The notes beneath the pieces are model-generated. The model had not been told where the DNA came from. It saw only the letters and a list, made by a program, of their open reading frames with translations, and ran no database searches. Below, one piece after another: positions 54,045 through 64,000 of a stretch of 64,000 nt of DNA. Position 1 is the stretch's first letter. The number at the start of each line of letters is the position of its first letter. Source of the DNA: Synechococcales cyanobacterium VAR_4_metabat_354. Its GTDB lineage: Bacteria > Cyanobacteriota > Cyanobacteriia > Cyanobacteriales > Chamaesiphonaceae. The stretch covers positions 64,001 through 128,000 of the forward strand of contig JANOQI010000036.1 of assembly GCA_031414775.1 (NCBI GenBank), read 5' to 3'. The position numbers were made by a program, and so were the translations under genes.

Positions 54045-55418
54045 ATGGAGCTGTACTGCACCCGTCCGGGTTGTTACAAACCGCAAAATACCTTCGTAGA
54101 TTTAGACGATGCGGCGGTATTGAAAGTAGTTAAGCAAAAATATTGCATGACCTGTGGGATGCCGCTGTTGCTGGAAGGTCGTTATTTGACTGTGAATTTA
54201 CTGGGGGAAGGTGGTTTTGGAGCCGCTTTTGGAGCGCGCGATCGATTGACTCCCAAGATGCGTCCCTGTGTGGTTAAACAGTTTAAACCAGCCATGTCAT
54301 TGAATCCGGTGCAGTTGCGTACCGCTCAGGAATTGTTCGATCGAGAAGCCGAGGTGCTAGAGCAGTTGGGCACCGATCATCCCCAAATTCCTAACTTATT
54401 TGCCTTTTTTGAATTAGCCGTCCCGAACCAGGCAACTGGTGGCGATGACCAATTTTTTTATTTAGTACAAGAGTTTATCGATGGTGAAAATTTAGAACAA
54501 GAGTTAGCCCAGCGCGGTCAATACAGCGAAGCAGACATGTTAGAAGTTCTGACCGAAATGTTGAAAATATTAGACTTTATTCATACCCATGGAGTGATCC
54601 ATCGTGATATTAAGCCTTCTAACATCATGCGGCATCGGAATGGCAAGCTGTATTTGTTAGATTTTGGTGCCATTAAAAATGTGGCTCAGCCTGGTTCCAC
54701 TGTTATTTTCTCCCAAGGCTTTGCGCCCCCCGAGCAAATGCGCGGCCAGCAAATCTTTTTCTCTTCGGATTTATATGCTTTGGCAGCTACCTGCGTTTCG
54801 CTGGTGACTGGTCGCAAGTCAGATGAGTTATTTGATAGTGCCCGAAATGTGTGGTACTGGCAGCAGTATGCCCAAGTTAGTGATCGAACGGCCTTTGTTT
54901 TAAACAAAATGCTCTGTCTTGCCCCGATCGATCGGTTTCAGTCCGCACCAGAAACTTTGATTGCTTTAGAAACGGAGTCGCCGTTAGTTAGTCAGAGTTC
55001 AGTTGGCAACAATAATGTTAGGCAACCCGCTCTACCGGTTGCTCCTCCTTCTCAATTATCGACTAAAACACCTCTGCATCGGCTACCGCTATTGGAGTAT
55101 ATTAGTAATGCTGCTTTCTTAGGGTGTGAGAGTGGTTTACTAATGATCGCTGTCGGCAAACTGGGTCTAGCTAGCCCTCTGGCTGCTGGAATTTGGTTAT
55201 TGAGTGCCGGAATTTTGGCATATTTGCAGTGGCTGCATATTATTGAAAAGTTAGACCTATTAGTAATTGTTGGAATTACGGGTGGATTAGTTTTTTTTCT
55301 ATGGAATCCAGGTTTACACCTGTTCTTAGCTGTGCCTGGTGGTGGTGCCTTCGTGCTGATTAACATTGCTTTGATTTTTCGATTGGTTTATCGATTGCTA
55401 TCGCGTTTTGGTTCATAA
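54045..55418 (+). CDS. Ser/Thr protein kinase with 4-Cys prefix and C-terminal TM helices
   Basis: YCTRPGC..CMTCG, LGEGGFG, HRDIKPSN, DFG. Confidence 0.93.
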   Translation: MELYCTRPGCYKPQNTFVDLDDAAVLKVVKQKYCMTCGMPLLLEGRYLTVNLLGEGGFGAAFGARDRLTPKMRPCVVKQFKPAMSLNPVQLRTAQELFDREAEVLEQLGTDHPQIPNLFAFFELAVPNQATGGDDQFFYLVQEFIDGENLEQELAQRGQYSEADMLEVLTEMLKILDFIHTHGVIHRDIKPSNIMRHRNGKLYLLDFGAIKNVAQPGSTVIFSQGFAPPEQMRGQQIFFSSDLYALAATCVSLVTGRKSDELFDSARNVWYWQQYAQVSDRTAFVLNKMLCLAPIDRFQSAPETLIALETESPLVSQSSVGNNNVRQPALPVAPPSQLSTKTPLHRLPLLEYISNAAFLGCESGLLMIAVGKLGLASPLAAGIWLLSAGILAYLQWLHIIEKLDLLVIVGITGGLVFFLWNPGLHLFLAVPGGGAFVLINIALIFRLVYRLLSRFGS

Positions 55419-55420
55419 CT

Positions 55421-56803
55421 ATGAATTCTCCGAAAAATGAAATCCCGTTGTTGCTTGGTTCTTTGCTGATTACTGGTGGCATCCTGGCTGCTGGCTATTG
55501 GTGGTTTATGGGTGGTCGTAGTGGCAGCAATGTTTCTGGTCAATCAACCGAACTCAGTGAGGGGAGTAAAAATTTAGTAGCTAGTGAAGCTGGTGGCAAA
55601 GCTAATTTTATCCAGGCTAAAAATGCTGGAGTGGCGGCAGTGAGTCGTAAGCAAAATGTCGAAGCCGTCACGCAATTTTCTAAAGCTCTCCAAATTTCAT
55701 CCAATGCTCCCGAAACTAAAATTTATTTTAACAACGCTAAAATTGGCAACAGTACTGCTTTTAAGATTGCGGTGGCGGTGCCGATTCAGTCCGATCTTAA
55801 CGGGTCCTTAGAAATTTTACGGGGCGTGGCTCAGGCTCAAGAAGAAGTTAATAAAGTAGGCGGTATTAATGGGGTACCGCTCAAGGTGGTGATTGCTGAT
55901 GATGCTGGTAAAACCGAGAATGCCGTCCAAGTTGCTCAAGATTTGAGCAAAGATGAGCAGGTGTTGGGTGTGGTTGGCCACTACGCTAGTGACGCTTCGA
56001 TCGCAGCCGCTAAAGTATATGATGCCGCTAAATTGGTGAGTATTTCCCCGGTCAGTACTTCGACGAAATTGACTAAATTGAGTCCTTATTTTTTTCGGAC
56101 GGTGCCTAGTGACTACGTTTCGGCTAGGGCTTTAGCTGATTATGCGCTGCAAAAACTCCAGCGTAAACAGGCCGTGGTTTTTTTTAATTCGCAAAGTGGT
56201 TATAGTCAATCTCTAAAAGATGAGTTTGCCACGGCGATGTCTTTAGGTGGCGGTTCTGTTGTTCAAGAAGTAGATTTGTCGGCTGCCGACTTTAGTGCGG
56301 CCAAAGCCCTGGATCAATCTGCTGGTGCTGACTTGATTATGTTGGCTGCTAATACTGGCACTCTCGATCGAGCTTTACAGGTGGTACAGTCCAATCCAAA
56401 AAAACTACCGATTTTGGGTGGCGATGATGTTTATGCCCCTAAAACTTTAGAGGTCGGGAGGCAGCAGGCTCTGGGTATGGTGGTAGCAGTACCTTGGCAC
56501 ATTGATGCCAACCCGCAGGCTAAATTTGCTCAGACTTCCCGGCGGATGTGGGGGGCGGCGGTGAATTGGCGCACTGCTTTGGCTTATGATGCAGCTCAGT
56601 CCTTGATTACAGCCTTGAAGACCGGCTCGAACCGGATTGGAGTGCGAGATGCTTTGGTGGCTAATGGTTTTCAGGCCGTCGGTGGGTCTGGTGCTGTGCG
56701 TTTTTTGCCCTCTGGCGATCGGAATGCCGGGATTCAGTTAGTGCAGGTGGTCGCTGGTAAAAAATCTGGTTTTGGCTTTGATTTTACACCAGTGAAAAAA
56801 TGA
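55421..56803 (+). CDS. LivJ/K-type ABC substrate-binding protein, membrane-anchored
   Basis: ILRGVAQAQ..N..GGING, YFFRTVPSD, WRTALAYDA. Confidence 0.87.
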   Translation: MNSPKNEIPLLLGSLLITGGILAAGYWWFMGGRSGSNVSGQSTELSEGSKNLVASEAGGKANFIQAKNAGVAAVSRKQNVEAVTQFSKALQISSNAPETKIYFNNAKIGNSTAFKIAVAVPIQSDLNGSLEILRGVAQAQEEVNKVGGINGVPLKVVIADDAGKTENAVQVAQDLSKDEQVLGVVGHYASDASIAAAKVYDAAKLVSISPVSTSTKLTKLSPYFFRTVPSDYVSARALADYALQKLQRKQAVVFFNSQSGYSQSLKDEFATAMSLGGGSVVQEVDLSAADFSAAKALDQSAGADLIMLAANTGTLDRALQVVQSNPKKLPILGGDDVYAPKTLEVGRQQALGMVVAVPWHIDANPQAKFAQTSRRMWGAAVNWRTALAYDAAQSLITALKTGSNRIGVRDALVANGFQAVGGSGAVRFLPSGDRNAGIQLVQVVAGKKSGFGFDFTPVKK

Positions 56804-56839
56804 GAAGATGTTTGATAATTGTTTTGTGTTGACCAAGCT

Positions 56840-57256
56840 ATGACCCATCATCAACAACTGCTCTCCATTCGCACGGTGGGTAAATCTCTGCAAAAAGTGA
56901 CCACCCAAGTACAGTCTGTGGTGGCTACTTCTGGGGTGAATATTGGTCTTTGCCACTTATTTTTACGCCACACTTCGGCTAGTCTGATCATTCAAGAAAA
57001 TGCTGACCCAGATGTTTTAGAGGATTTAGCCAATTTCTTTGCCAAGTTGGTGCCCGAAGACGATCATTATATTCATAGTAACGAGGGCGATGATGACATG
57101 CCTGCCCATATTCGGACAGTTTTGACTAAAACTTCGGAACAGATTCCGATCTCTAATGGCCGTTTGGTTCTAGGAACTTGGCAAGGGATTTATCTGTGGG
57201 AACATCGGCGGCTGGCTCATGTACGGGAGCTAGTGGTGCATGTGATGGGTGATTAG
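56840..57256 (+). CDS. yjbQ: YjbQ/UPF0047 family protein
   Basis: HTSASLIIQENADPDV, DDMPAHIR, LGTWQGIYLWEHR. Confidence 0.92.
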   Translation: MTHHQQLLSIRTVGKSLQKVTTQVQSVVATSGVNIGLCHLFLRHTSASLIIQENADPDVLEDLANFFAKLVPEDDHYIHSNEGDDDMPAHIRTVLTKTSEQIPISNGRLVLGTWQGIYLWEHRRLAHVRELVVHVMGD

Positions 57257-57397
57257 AGAAATATCCTGATTACTCTATCGGCACGGTCGATTAAGCTTTC
57301 ATCAAGATTTCATGAAGAATAGTTGAATTTACCGTTGTCCGATGTCCCCTGGGGATCTACACTAATGTCATAAATAAACATTTTTGAGAAACAACCT

Positions 57398-57682
57398 ATG
57401 TCTGGAATTAGAGATGTGGAAATAGCCGTTGTGGAAAGATTCAGACCCCTCGATGGAATGTTGCAGACTCTAGCCTACACTGAGACTCTGAGCCAAGAAT
57501 TTAATGTGCAAACAGCCGATCGCACCTCGACCCTGCGCCAGATTTTAGCTTTATCCATGTCCGAGCGTCACGAGTTTTTGACTCGCTGCATTCCAGGAAT
57601 CGTTACTGATTTTGACGAATATCCAGAATTACGAGAATTCTCGATGCTAGATGGCTTGGATTGGGAGCCAGGGGATGACTAG
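57398..57682 (+). CDS. Putative antitoxin
   Basis: Small acidic ORF overlapping start of MazF-like gene. Confidence 0.6.
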   Translation: MSGIRDVEIAVVERFRPLDGMLQTLAYTETLSQEFNVQTADRTSTLRQILALSMSERHEFLTRCIPGIVTDFDEYPELREFSMLDGLDWEPGDD

Positions 57683-58064
57683 CCCCAGGCAAGGGGAAAT
57701 CTGGTACGTCAATCTCGAACCAACAGTAGGAGTAGAAATCAAGAAAGCTCGACCGGTAATCGTGATCAGTTCTGATGCTATTAATTCACCGAAGTGGAAA
57801 ATGCGGATTGTCATTCCTTGTTCGGCTTGGCAAGACCGATTTCTAGATAAATTATTTAAGGTGCGGATTCCAGCCAGTGATGAGACCGGCCTGAAAAAAG
57901 ACTCCGTGGCAATTATTCTACAAGTGCGCTCTATTTCTGTTGATCGGTTTCAAGATCGTTTAGGGCAGGTTTCGGCGGATACTTTGCAAGAACTGCTGGC
58001 TGGTTTGGCACTGGGTGTAGATTATCAAGATTACCAACAGGATTACAAAAAAATTAGTAGTTGA
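57675..58064 (+). CDS. mazF: PemK/MazF family toxin
   Basis: GEIWYVNLEPTVGVEIKKARPVIVIS, GLKKDS, QVRSIS..R. Confidence 0.9.
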   Translation: MTSPRQGEIWYVNLEPTVGVEIKKARPVIVISSDAINSPKWKMRIVIPCSAWQDRFLDKLFKVRIPASDETGLKKDSVAIILQVRSISVDRFQDRLGQVSADTLQELLAGLALGVDYQDYQQDYKKISS

Positions 58065-58149
58065 TTTTTCGCTACTGATTTTCGTTGGATTATTTTGTTC
58101 AAAGGCCACCATCGTTTCAACTTATCTGATGGTGTTGTTCTCTAAAAAC

Positions 58150-58180
58150 TATCCACAACGGCTAATGCTAGTTGTGGATA
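58150..58180. terminator. Inverted repeat between convergent genes
   Basis: TATCCACAAC-N11-GTTGTGGATA. Confidence 0.5.
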
Positions 58181-58212
58181 ATACTGTTTCTCTAGACAAA
58201 TCATTTGTCTAT

Positions 58213-59859
58213 TTAGGCTACGGATTGAGTTGCTTCTTCCTTCACGGGTTCAGCGGGGGTATCGATCGCTTCGTCTTCACTGACCAGCTGTAACTTAGCT
58301 TCTGCTTCTAGTGCCAAGAAGTCAGCCAACTGGGCTTCAATCTCTCTCCGCACAATAATCCGATAATCGACAAAATGCTCCGCCAAAGCGCAAGTCGAAA
58401 GATAGCTACTTAAGCCACCTGGATTCTTGAGCGCCATATTGAAAAGATTTTTCCAGAACTTCCAGCGCGTATTTCGAACCAAGCCTTGCCGCCAACAGAT
58501 GGTAAAGAGAGCACGAATCGTCACCCATTCAATTTTTTTCTTAGTGGAGTTCTCTTTCTTTGGATAGTTCGCTTCACTCAACATTAAAAAGTGGCGATAA
58601 GTTCTGTCTAAAAACTTAGAAGGCTCATATAAGTCCCAGAAAGCCTGAATATATTCGGTGGCAATGTCTTCCAGTGGTCGAGTCGGAATATAGTTCATCA
58701 ACGAAGTCTGAGAACCAGCTGTTTCTACTGACTGACTACGTAAACGGTTCTCCTTAGCTAGCCGGTGCCATAGAGCAGTGTCGGGTAGCGCTTGCAACAT
58801 ACTGAACAAAGCTGTCGGAATTGCTGTCTTTTCGACGAAATTTACAATTCTTTGGCCCGCTCCAGCTTTTTCGCCATCGAAGCCGATGATGAAACCAGCC
58901 ATTACCCGAATCCCAGATCTAGCGATTATTTCTACCGAATCGCTGAGGGAATCGCGGGTGTTTTGGAATTTCTGAGTCATGGCCAAGCTTTCTTCATCAG
59001 GAGTTTCGATTCCCAAGAATACTGAGCCGAAGTTACAGGCCACCATCATATCCAGCAGTTCTTGGTCGTTGGCCAAGTCTACAGAAGCCTCCGTGGCAAA
59101 GGAGAAGGGAAAGCCGTGTTTTACCATCCAAGGCTGAAGCTGTTTTAAGAACAGTTTAACGTTGCGCTTGTTGCCAATGAAGTTGTCATCCACCATGAAA
59201 ATACTGCGTCGCCAGCCCAAATCGTAGAGGCACTGAAGCTCTGCCAACAGCTGCTCCGGATTCTTGGTGCGGGGTTTGCGACCATAAAGCACAATGATGT
59301 CGCAGAATTCGCATTGGAAGGGGCAGCCGCGTGAAAACTGTACCGACATTTCGGCGTAAGCCTCTAGCTGCAGTAGATCAAAGCGGGGCACTGGAGTGGT
59401 TGTAACATCCGGTTTCTCACCATTTTTGGCGCGGAAAACACCGGACTTCTCACCGTTTTTGACGGCTTCTACAAACATTGGGATAGTGATTTCGCCTTCA
59501 TCTAAAATTAGATAATCGGCACCCACATTGGCTACTTCATGGGAAAGAGCCGTGGGGTAAGGGCCACCTACTGCGGAGAGCTTGCCCCGTCGCTTGCATT
59601 CTTTGATCATGTCCAGCATGTCTTGCTTCTGGACAATCATGGCGGACATAATAACTACTTCTGCCCATTCCCACTCGGCTTCAGTCACATCGCGCACGTT
59701 GCGATCGACCAATTTGAAGTTCCATTCCTGAGGCAAGATCGCCGCTACTGTCACTAGTCCTAATGGTGGCAGCATTACCTTGCGATCGATCAAGTCCAGT
59801 AGTTTCTCAAAAGACCAAAAGCTTTTCGGAAAGAGGGGGTAGAGCAGTAATACGTTCAT
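58213..59859 (-). CDS. B12-binding radical SAM protein (DUF4070)
   Basis: PPLGLVTVAA, RGCPFQCEFC, VDDNFIGN. Confidence 0.92.
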   Translation of the reverse strand: MNVLLLYPLFPKSFWSFEKLLDLIDRKVMLPPLGLVTVAAILPQEWNFKLVDRNVRDVTEAEWEWAEVVIMSAMIVQKQDMLDMIKECKRRGKLSAVGGPYPTALSHEVANVGADYLILDEGEITIPMFVEAVKNGEKSGVFRAKNGEKPDVTTTPVPRFDLLQLEAYAEMSVQFSRGCPFQCEFCDIIVLYGRKPRTKNPEQLLAELQCLYDLGWRRSIFMVDDNFIGNKRNVKLFLKQLQPWMVKHGFPFSFATEASVDLANDQELLDMMVACNFGSVFLGIETPDEESLAMTQKFQNTRDSLSDSVEIIARSGIRVMAGFIIGFDGEKAGAGQRIVNFVEKTAIPTALFSMLQALPDTALWHRLAKENRLRSQSVETAGSQTSLMNYIPTRPLEDIATEYIQAFWDLYEPSKFLDRTYRHFLMLSEANYPKKENSTKKKIEWVTIRALFTICWRQGLVRNTRWKFWKNLFNMALKNPGGLSSYLSTCALAEHFVDYRIIVRREIEAQLADFLALEAEAKLQLVSEDEAIDTPAEPVKEEATQSVA

Positions 59860-59990
59860 CCAGGATATCTTGCCTATGAAGGGACTTTAAATCTGACACC
59901 AATCTTAACACAGTGCGATTTACCGCTTGTGCATATCTCTGCTATGGATGCCATTTTTCCCCAGACTACCGAATCCTGATCGGAGTTCCT

Positions 59991-60581
59991 TTAAGTATCA
60001 ATGCTTTGTGCGGGGAGAAGAGACCCGACTAAGTGTTCCACCATCCATTCAAAACTATCAGCAGTAGATTCTGTCTCGGTGAAAACACCTAAGAGTTCAT
60101 TACCTAAAAAACCATGAATAGCCGCATGTAATAGGCGGATGGCATGTCTGATTCGATCTTTTCCGATACCGAAGGGAATCAACATGGTGAGATAAATATC
60201 GAGAGTCTTTTGAATCAAAATATTAAACTCGTAGTCACTGCTTGGGAAAGAATGTTGAGTGGTGAATAGATAGAGTTCTGGATTGCCGATCGCGAATTCT
60301 CTGTATTTATAAGCTGTGCGTTTAATTAGTTCTACTGGATGATCATTGCTTTGAATATCTGGGAGACAATATTCAGTCATCTTTTGCCAGCCGCTTAATC
60401 GGATTGATCGACGTAAATCTAAATCGCCATCGAAGTGATTATAAAGCGACGGCGGTTTGATTGCTAAGGCTTTTGCTAGCTGATTAATACTGAATCTTTC
60501 TACTCCTTGTGCTTCTAATAAAATAATTGCAACATCTAGAATATCTTGAGGTGTTAGTGTTTGTCCTTTTGGTCTAGGCAT
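59991..60581 (-). CDS. TetR/AcrR family regulator
   Basis: FSINQLAKALAIKPPSLYNHF HTH; AAIHGF. Confidence 0.9.
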   Translation of the reverse strand: MPRPKGQTLTPQDILDVAIILLEAQGVERFSINQLAKALAIKPPSLYNHFDGDLDLRRSIRLSGWQKMTEYCLPDIQSNDHPVELIKRTAYKYREFAIGNPELYLFTTQHSFPSSDYEFNILIQKTLDIYLTMLIPFGIGKDRIRHAIRLLHAAIHGFLGNELLGVFTETESTADSFEWMVEHLVGSLLPAQSIDT

Positions 60582-60617
60582 AGCTAAAAGTTTCTAAAGT
60601 ATGGCTTTTGCGAAAAT

Positions 60618-60636
60618 AAACTAACTTAATTAGTTT
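60618..60636. promoter_or_regulatory. Candidate TetR operator
   Basis: AAACTAA-N5-TTAGTTT, about 37 bp upstream of TetR start. Confidence 0.5.
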
Positions 60637-60821
60637 TTATTATTGTAACATTTACCTGCTCTTGAAGGCAATGCTTTGAGCCGTTTTTTGACAATTTGTT
60701 TGATGAAAAAATTATATTTATTTTGCTTTTGAAGAAAGTAAGATAAATGTGGCTTGGATTGATAAAATAATGATGAAATTCTGATTAAATATTGATGAAA
60801 TAAATTATTTTTCTTAAGAGA

Positions 60822-61240
60822 TTAAATATGAAATGATGGGCGATGAGTTGTCAGAATGTCATGGGCTAATTTGATAATTAAACCAGTGACAACTGAGAGG
60901 AATAACTTTCGGATAAAGCTGTTTCCTTGCAAGATCGCTAGCTTTGTCCCCCATACAGCTCCGGCAATGTTGAAAATAGCCATGGGTATTGCTAGGGAAT
61001 AATTGACATGATTGGTCAGGGCTAAATAGAGAAAGGCTGAAAGGTTGGTTGCTAAATTAATTACTTTAGCGGAGGCCGAAGCTGTCAGAAAACCAAATCC
61101 CATGATGCCAATCATCACAAATATCAAAAAACTACCCGTACCGGGTCCAAAAAATCCGTCATAAAAGCCTAGAATCGCTCCCATCAAAATGCTGACGGCA
61201 ATTTGCTGGGGAAATAAACACCGCTAAAACGACGATCAAG
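60822..61240 (-). pseudogene. 5'-truncated sulfite exporter TauE/SafE (YfcA-like)
   Basis: Only C-terminal half (GFYDGFFGPGTGSF, AKVINLATN); in-frame stop upstream and a hydrophobic remnant in another frame. Confidence 0.75.
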
Positions 61241-61312
61241 GAGTGACATTACAGCGCACTGGAGCGAACGTTAGAAAGTCTTCGCACTTCGTTCTAATTT
61301 TCTCCACTTATT

Positions 61313-61960
61313 TTAGCCGCGTGCAACCGCCACTTTAGGCGAAATCAAATAACCACAGAGATGTTCACCATCCACGATCGAATGCGTCCTTTCCACCTGA
61401 CAATCGCCTAACGCCGTCGCAAACATCTCCAGTTCATGCCCGCAGACCGTCGGAAAAGAATTCGCCACCTGGGCTATCGCACAATTGTGTTCCGTCAAAA
61501 TAAAGCTTTGGGAGGGATAGTCGATAGACTGAAACTCGGCCATGTAACCTTCCTGCCGCCGTAATTCCACCAACTTGGCCACCCGTTCTGGTAAAGACCC
61601 ATCACCCAGCTGCTCTCGATAGGTCAAAGATTTACGCTGCCAATGCTTCTGCAAAATGCTGCTGGCTTGGTCGTAGCCCAAATTATTCACCAGCGTATCC
61701 AAGAACGAAATCACAAACTCATCGTACTGGTTAGGAAACTGCTCCCGCCCCTTCGGACTTAGTTGATAAACATGCTGAGGTCGTCCCATGCCACTAGCGA
61801 TCGAATGGAAAACAATCAATCCGTCAGCCTGGAGATCCTTTAGATGTCGGCGAGTCGCCTGGGGACTAATTTTCAGAACCTCCGCCAAATCCTGCGCCTT
61901 GCCCTGACCCTGACGCAATAGAAATGAAAGAATATCTTGCTTGGTAGAATGCTCAATCAT
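61313..61960 (-). CDS. sufR: Fe-S cluster biosynthesis regulator SufR
   Basis: ISPQATRRHLKDL, GMGRPQHVY, EHNCAI, VCGHELEMF, CGY; divergent from sufB. Confidence 0.96.
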   Translation of the reverse strand: MIEHSTKQDILSFLLRQGQGKAQDLAEVLKISPQATRRHLKDLQADGLIVFHSIASGMGRPQHVYQLSPKGREQFPNQYDEFVISFLDTLVNNLGYDQASSILQKHWQRKSLTYREQLGDGSLPERVAKLVELRRQEGYMAEFQSIDYPSQSFILTEHNCAIAQVANSFPTVCGHELEMFATALGDCQVERTHSIVDGEHLCGYLISPKVAVARG

Positions 61961-61989
61961 GGAGAATTTTACTCAGTTGGCGACTTAAA

Positions 61990-62043
61990 CAACACATTGA
62001 TTGTTAAAGTGATCTATGATTTAATTTAACAACACCCCAGTTG
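61990..62043. promoter_or_regulatory. SufR operator pair
   Basis: CAAC-N6-ATTG (61990-62003) and CAAC-N6-GTTG (62030-62043), 26 bp apart. Confidence 0.85.
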
Positions 62044-62126
62044 TTTTAACTACTATAGCGCGAACCTCGGCCAGCGCCTAGTTAAGTTATACTAAAAACC
62101 TTTAGAGAGTAGAAGATAGGCGACCA

Positions 62127-63569
62127 ATGAGTTCTAGTAGCGTCACTAACCTCGTCAACCAGCCCTACAAATACGGCTTTGTCACCGATATTGAATCCGA
62201 CAAAATCCCTCGGGGTTTAACGGAAGATACAGTTCGGCTAATTTCTGCCAAGAAAGAAGAGCCAGAATTCATGCTGAATTTCCGGCTGCGGGCTTTTCGC
62301 AAGTGGTTGACCATGACCGAACCAACTTGGCCGCATGTGGAATATCCGCCCATCAACTACCAAGATATTATTTATTATTCGGCTCCTAAGCAAGCCAAAA
62401 AGAAGCTAGACAGCTTGGATGAAGTCGATCCAATCTTGCTAGAAACCTTTGAAAAACTGGGCATTTCCCTCAACGAACAAAAACGCCTAGCCAATGTGGC
62501 CGTCGATGCGGTGTTTGATAGCGTATCGATCGCTACCACCTTCAAAGACAAACTGGCCAAGGTCGGCGTGGTGTTCTGCTCTATCTCTGAAGCCCTGCAC
62601 GACCATGCCGACATCATTGAAAAATATTTAGGCTCAGTGGTGCCGATCGGGGATAACTTCTTCGCCGCTCTCAACTCCGCCGTGTTTAGCGATGGCTCCT
62701 TCGTCTACATCCCAGAAGGCGTGAAATGCCCGATGGATCTTTCAACTTATTTTCGGATTAATAGTGGTGACAGTGGTCAGTTTGAAAGAACGCTAATTAT
62801 CGCTGAAAAAGGTGCCAGTGTCACCTATCTAGAAGGTTGTACTGCCCCAGCTTTTGATACTAATCAGCTTCATGCCGCCGTCGTGGAACTGGTCGTGCTC
62901 GACGATGCTGAAATCAAATATTCTACCGTTCAGAACTGGTTTGCCGGGGACGAAAACGGTAAGGGCGGAATTTACAACTTTGTGACCAAACGCGGTCTAT
63001 GCAAAGGAGTGAACTCCAAAATTTCCTGGACACAGGTGGAAACTGGCTCGGCGATTACCTGGAAATATCCTAGCTGTGTGCTGATTGGGGATAATTCGAT
63101 CGGCGAATTCTACTCCGTAGCGCTCACCAACAACTTGCAACAAGCCGATACCGGCACCAAGATGATCCATATTGGTAAAAATACCAAGAGCACGATTATC
63201 TCGAAAGGGATTTCGGCGGGTAGATCTAAAAATAGTTATCGCGGTTTAGTGAAGATGAATCCCACGGCCAATGGGGCGCGGAACTATTCGCAGTGTGACT
63301 CAATGCTGATTGGCGATCGAGCGCAGGCTAATACTTTCCCTTATATTCAAGTCCAAAACCAGAGCGCCAAGGTGGAACACGAAGCCTCTACTTCCAAAAT
63401 CGGTGAAGACCAACTGTTTTTCTTTGCCCAGCGCGGCATTTCCCAAGAAGACGCGATCTCGATGATGATCAGCGGTTTTTGTAAGGATGTGTTTAACCAA
63501 CTGCCGATGGAATTTGCAGTGGAAGCCGATCGACTGCTCAGCCTGAAACTAGAAGGCTCTGTGGGGTAA
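62127..63569 (+). CDS. sufB: Fe-S cluster assembly protein SufB
   Basis: [40 protein letters not shown]. Confidence 0.98.
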   Translation: MSSSSVTNLVNQPYKYGFVTDIESDKIPRGLTEDTVRLISAKKEEPEFMLNFRLRAFRKWLTMTEPTWPHVEYPPINYQDIIYYSAPKQAKKKLDSLDEVDPILLETFEKLGISLNEQKRLANVAVDAVFDSVSIATTFKDKLAKVGVVFCSISEALHDHADIIEKYLGSVVPIGDNFFAALNSAVFSDGSFVYIPEGVKCPMDLSTYFRINSGDSGQFERTLIIAEKGASVTYLEGCTAPAFDTNQLHAAVVELVVLDDAEIKYSTVQNWFAGDENGKGGIYNFVTKRGLCKGVNSKISWTQVETGSAITWKYPSCVLIGDNSIGEFYSVALTNNLQQADTGTKMIHIGKNTKSTIISKGISAGRSKNSYRGLVKMNPTANGARNYSQCDSMLIGDRAQANTFPYIQVQNQSAKVEHEASTSKIGEDQLFFFAQRGISQEDAISMMISGFCKDVFNQLPMEFAVEADRLLSLKLEGSVG

Positions 63570-63595
63570 TATTTATAAAATATTAGGGTTATGTT

Positions 63596-64000
63596 ATGAG
63601 TATGATTTCAGAAGAAATGCTGGTATCTAAAGACCCGTTCTCTACAGACGCTGAATTGCTAGAGGAGCAATTTGAGCCTGAAGATGATACGGAGGAAGAA
63701 CTTCCCCAGCTAGATACTGATGTAAAAGATCGTAGATTAGTAACTCACCCATATGATTTCATTATCAGATCTTTGAAAGATCAAGTTAATGATGGCACAT
63801 TAATCCTCGCGGATAAATTCCAGCGCCGTAGAGTTTGGGATGATGCTCGATCTAGTAGATTAATTGAGTCACTATTGATAAATGTACCAATTCCAGTATG
63901 CTATTTTGCTGAGGTTGATGATGCCTACAGTGTAATTGATGGTCAGCAACGGCTTACTGCTATTTATCGTTATATTAATAATGAGTTCAGCTTAAGTTCA
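63596..64000 (+). CDS. DUF262 (GmrSD/ParB-like) domain protein, runs off window
   Basis: Not in ORF track; manual translation FQRRRVWD..SSRLIESLLINVPIP..YF..VIDGQQRLTA. Confidence 0.88.
   Translation, partial: MSMISEEMLVSKDPFSTDAELLEEQFEPEDDTEEELPQLDTDVKDRRLVTHPYDFIIRSLKDQVNDGTLILADKFQRRRVWDDARSSRLIESLLINVPIPVCYFAEVDDAYSVIDGQQRLTAIYRYINNEFSLSS

Noticed and set aside
58150..58181. DnaA boxes / oriC
   Set aside because: Only one inverted pair between convergent genes, better explained as a terminator hairpin

Overview
Cyanobacterial chromosomal segment (abundant CGATCG/HIP1-type palindromes; sphS/phoU, petG, cytM, ycf51, sigF, hfq, sufR-sufB). Most of it is housekeeping. Accessory region 1 (~7.8-29.5 kb) has four Uma2-family nuclease genes, two of them preceded by a duplicated structured non-coding leader, then five large secreted Ig-like (DUF11/GEVED/SdrD-B/beta-helix) proteins. 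All five end in the same apparently incomplete DUF11 domain, and two begin with what looks like the missing Asn-bearing strand. This suggests an autocatalytic, covalently linked head-to-tail surface polymer, which is the top candidate system and is inference only. Accessory region 2 (~49.3-51.6 kb) is an AT-rich ORF-free gap holding a ~435-bp non-autonomous IS200/IS605-type element with an omega-RNA-like scaffold, next to an orphan HTH gene. Also present: a mazF-type TA pair, a monomeric IDH, two paralogous unknown genes flanking pnp, and a DUF262 gene directly after sufB. All calls come from reading the sequence; no database searches were run.
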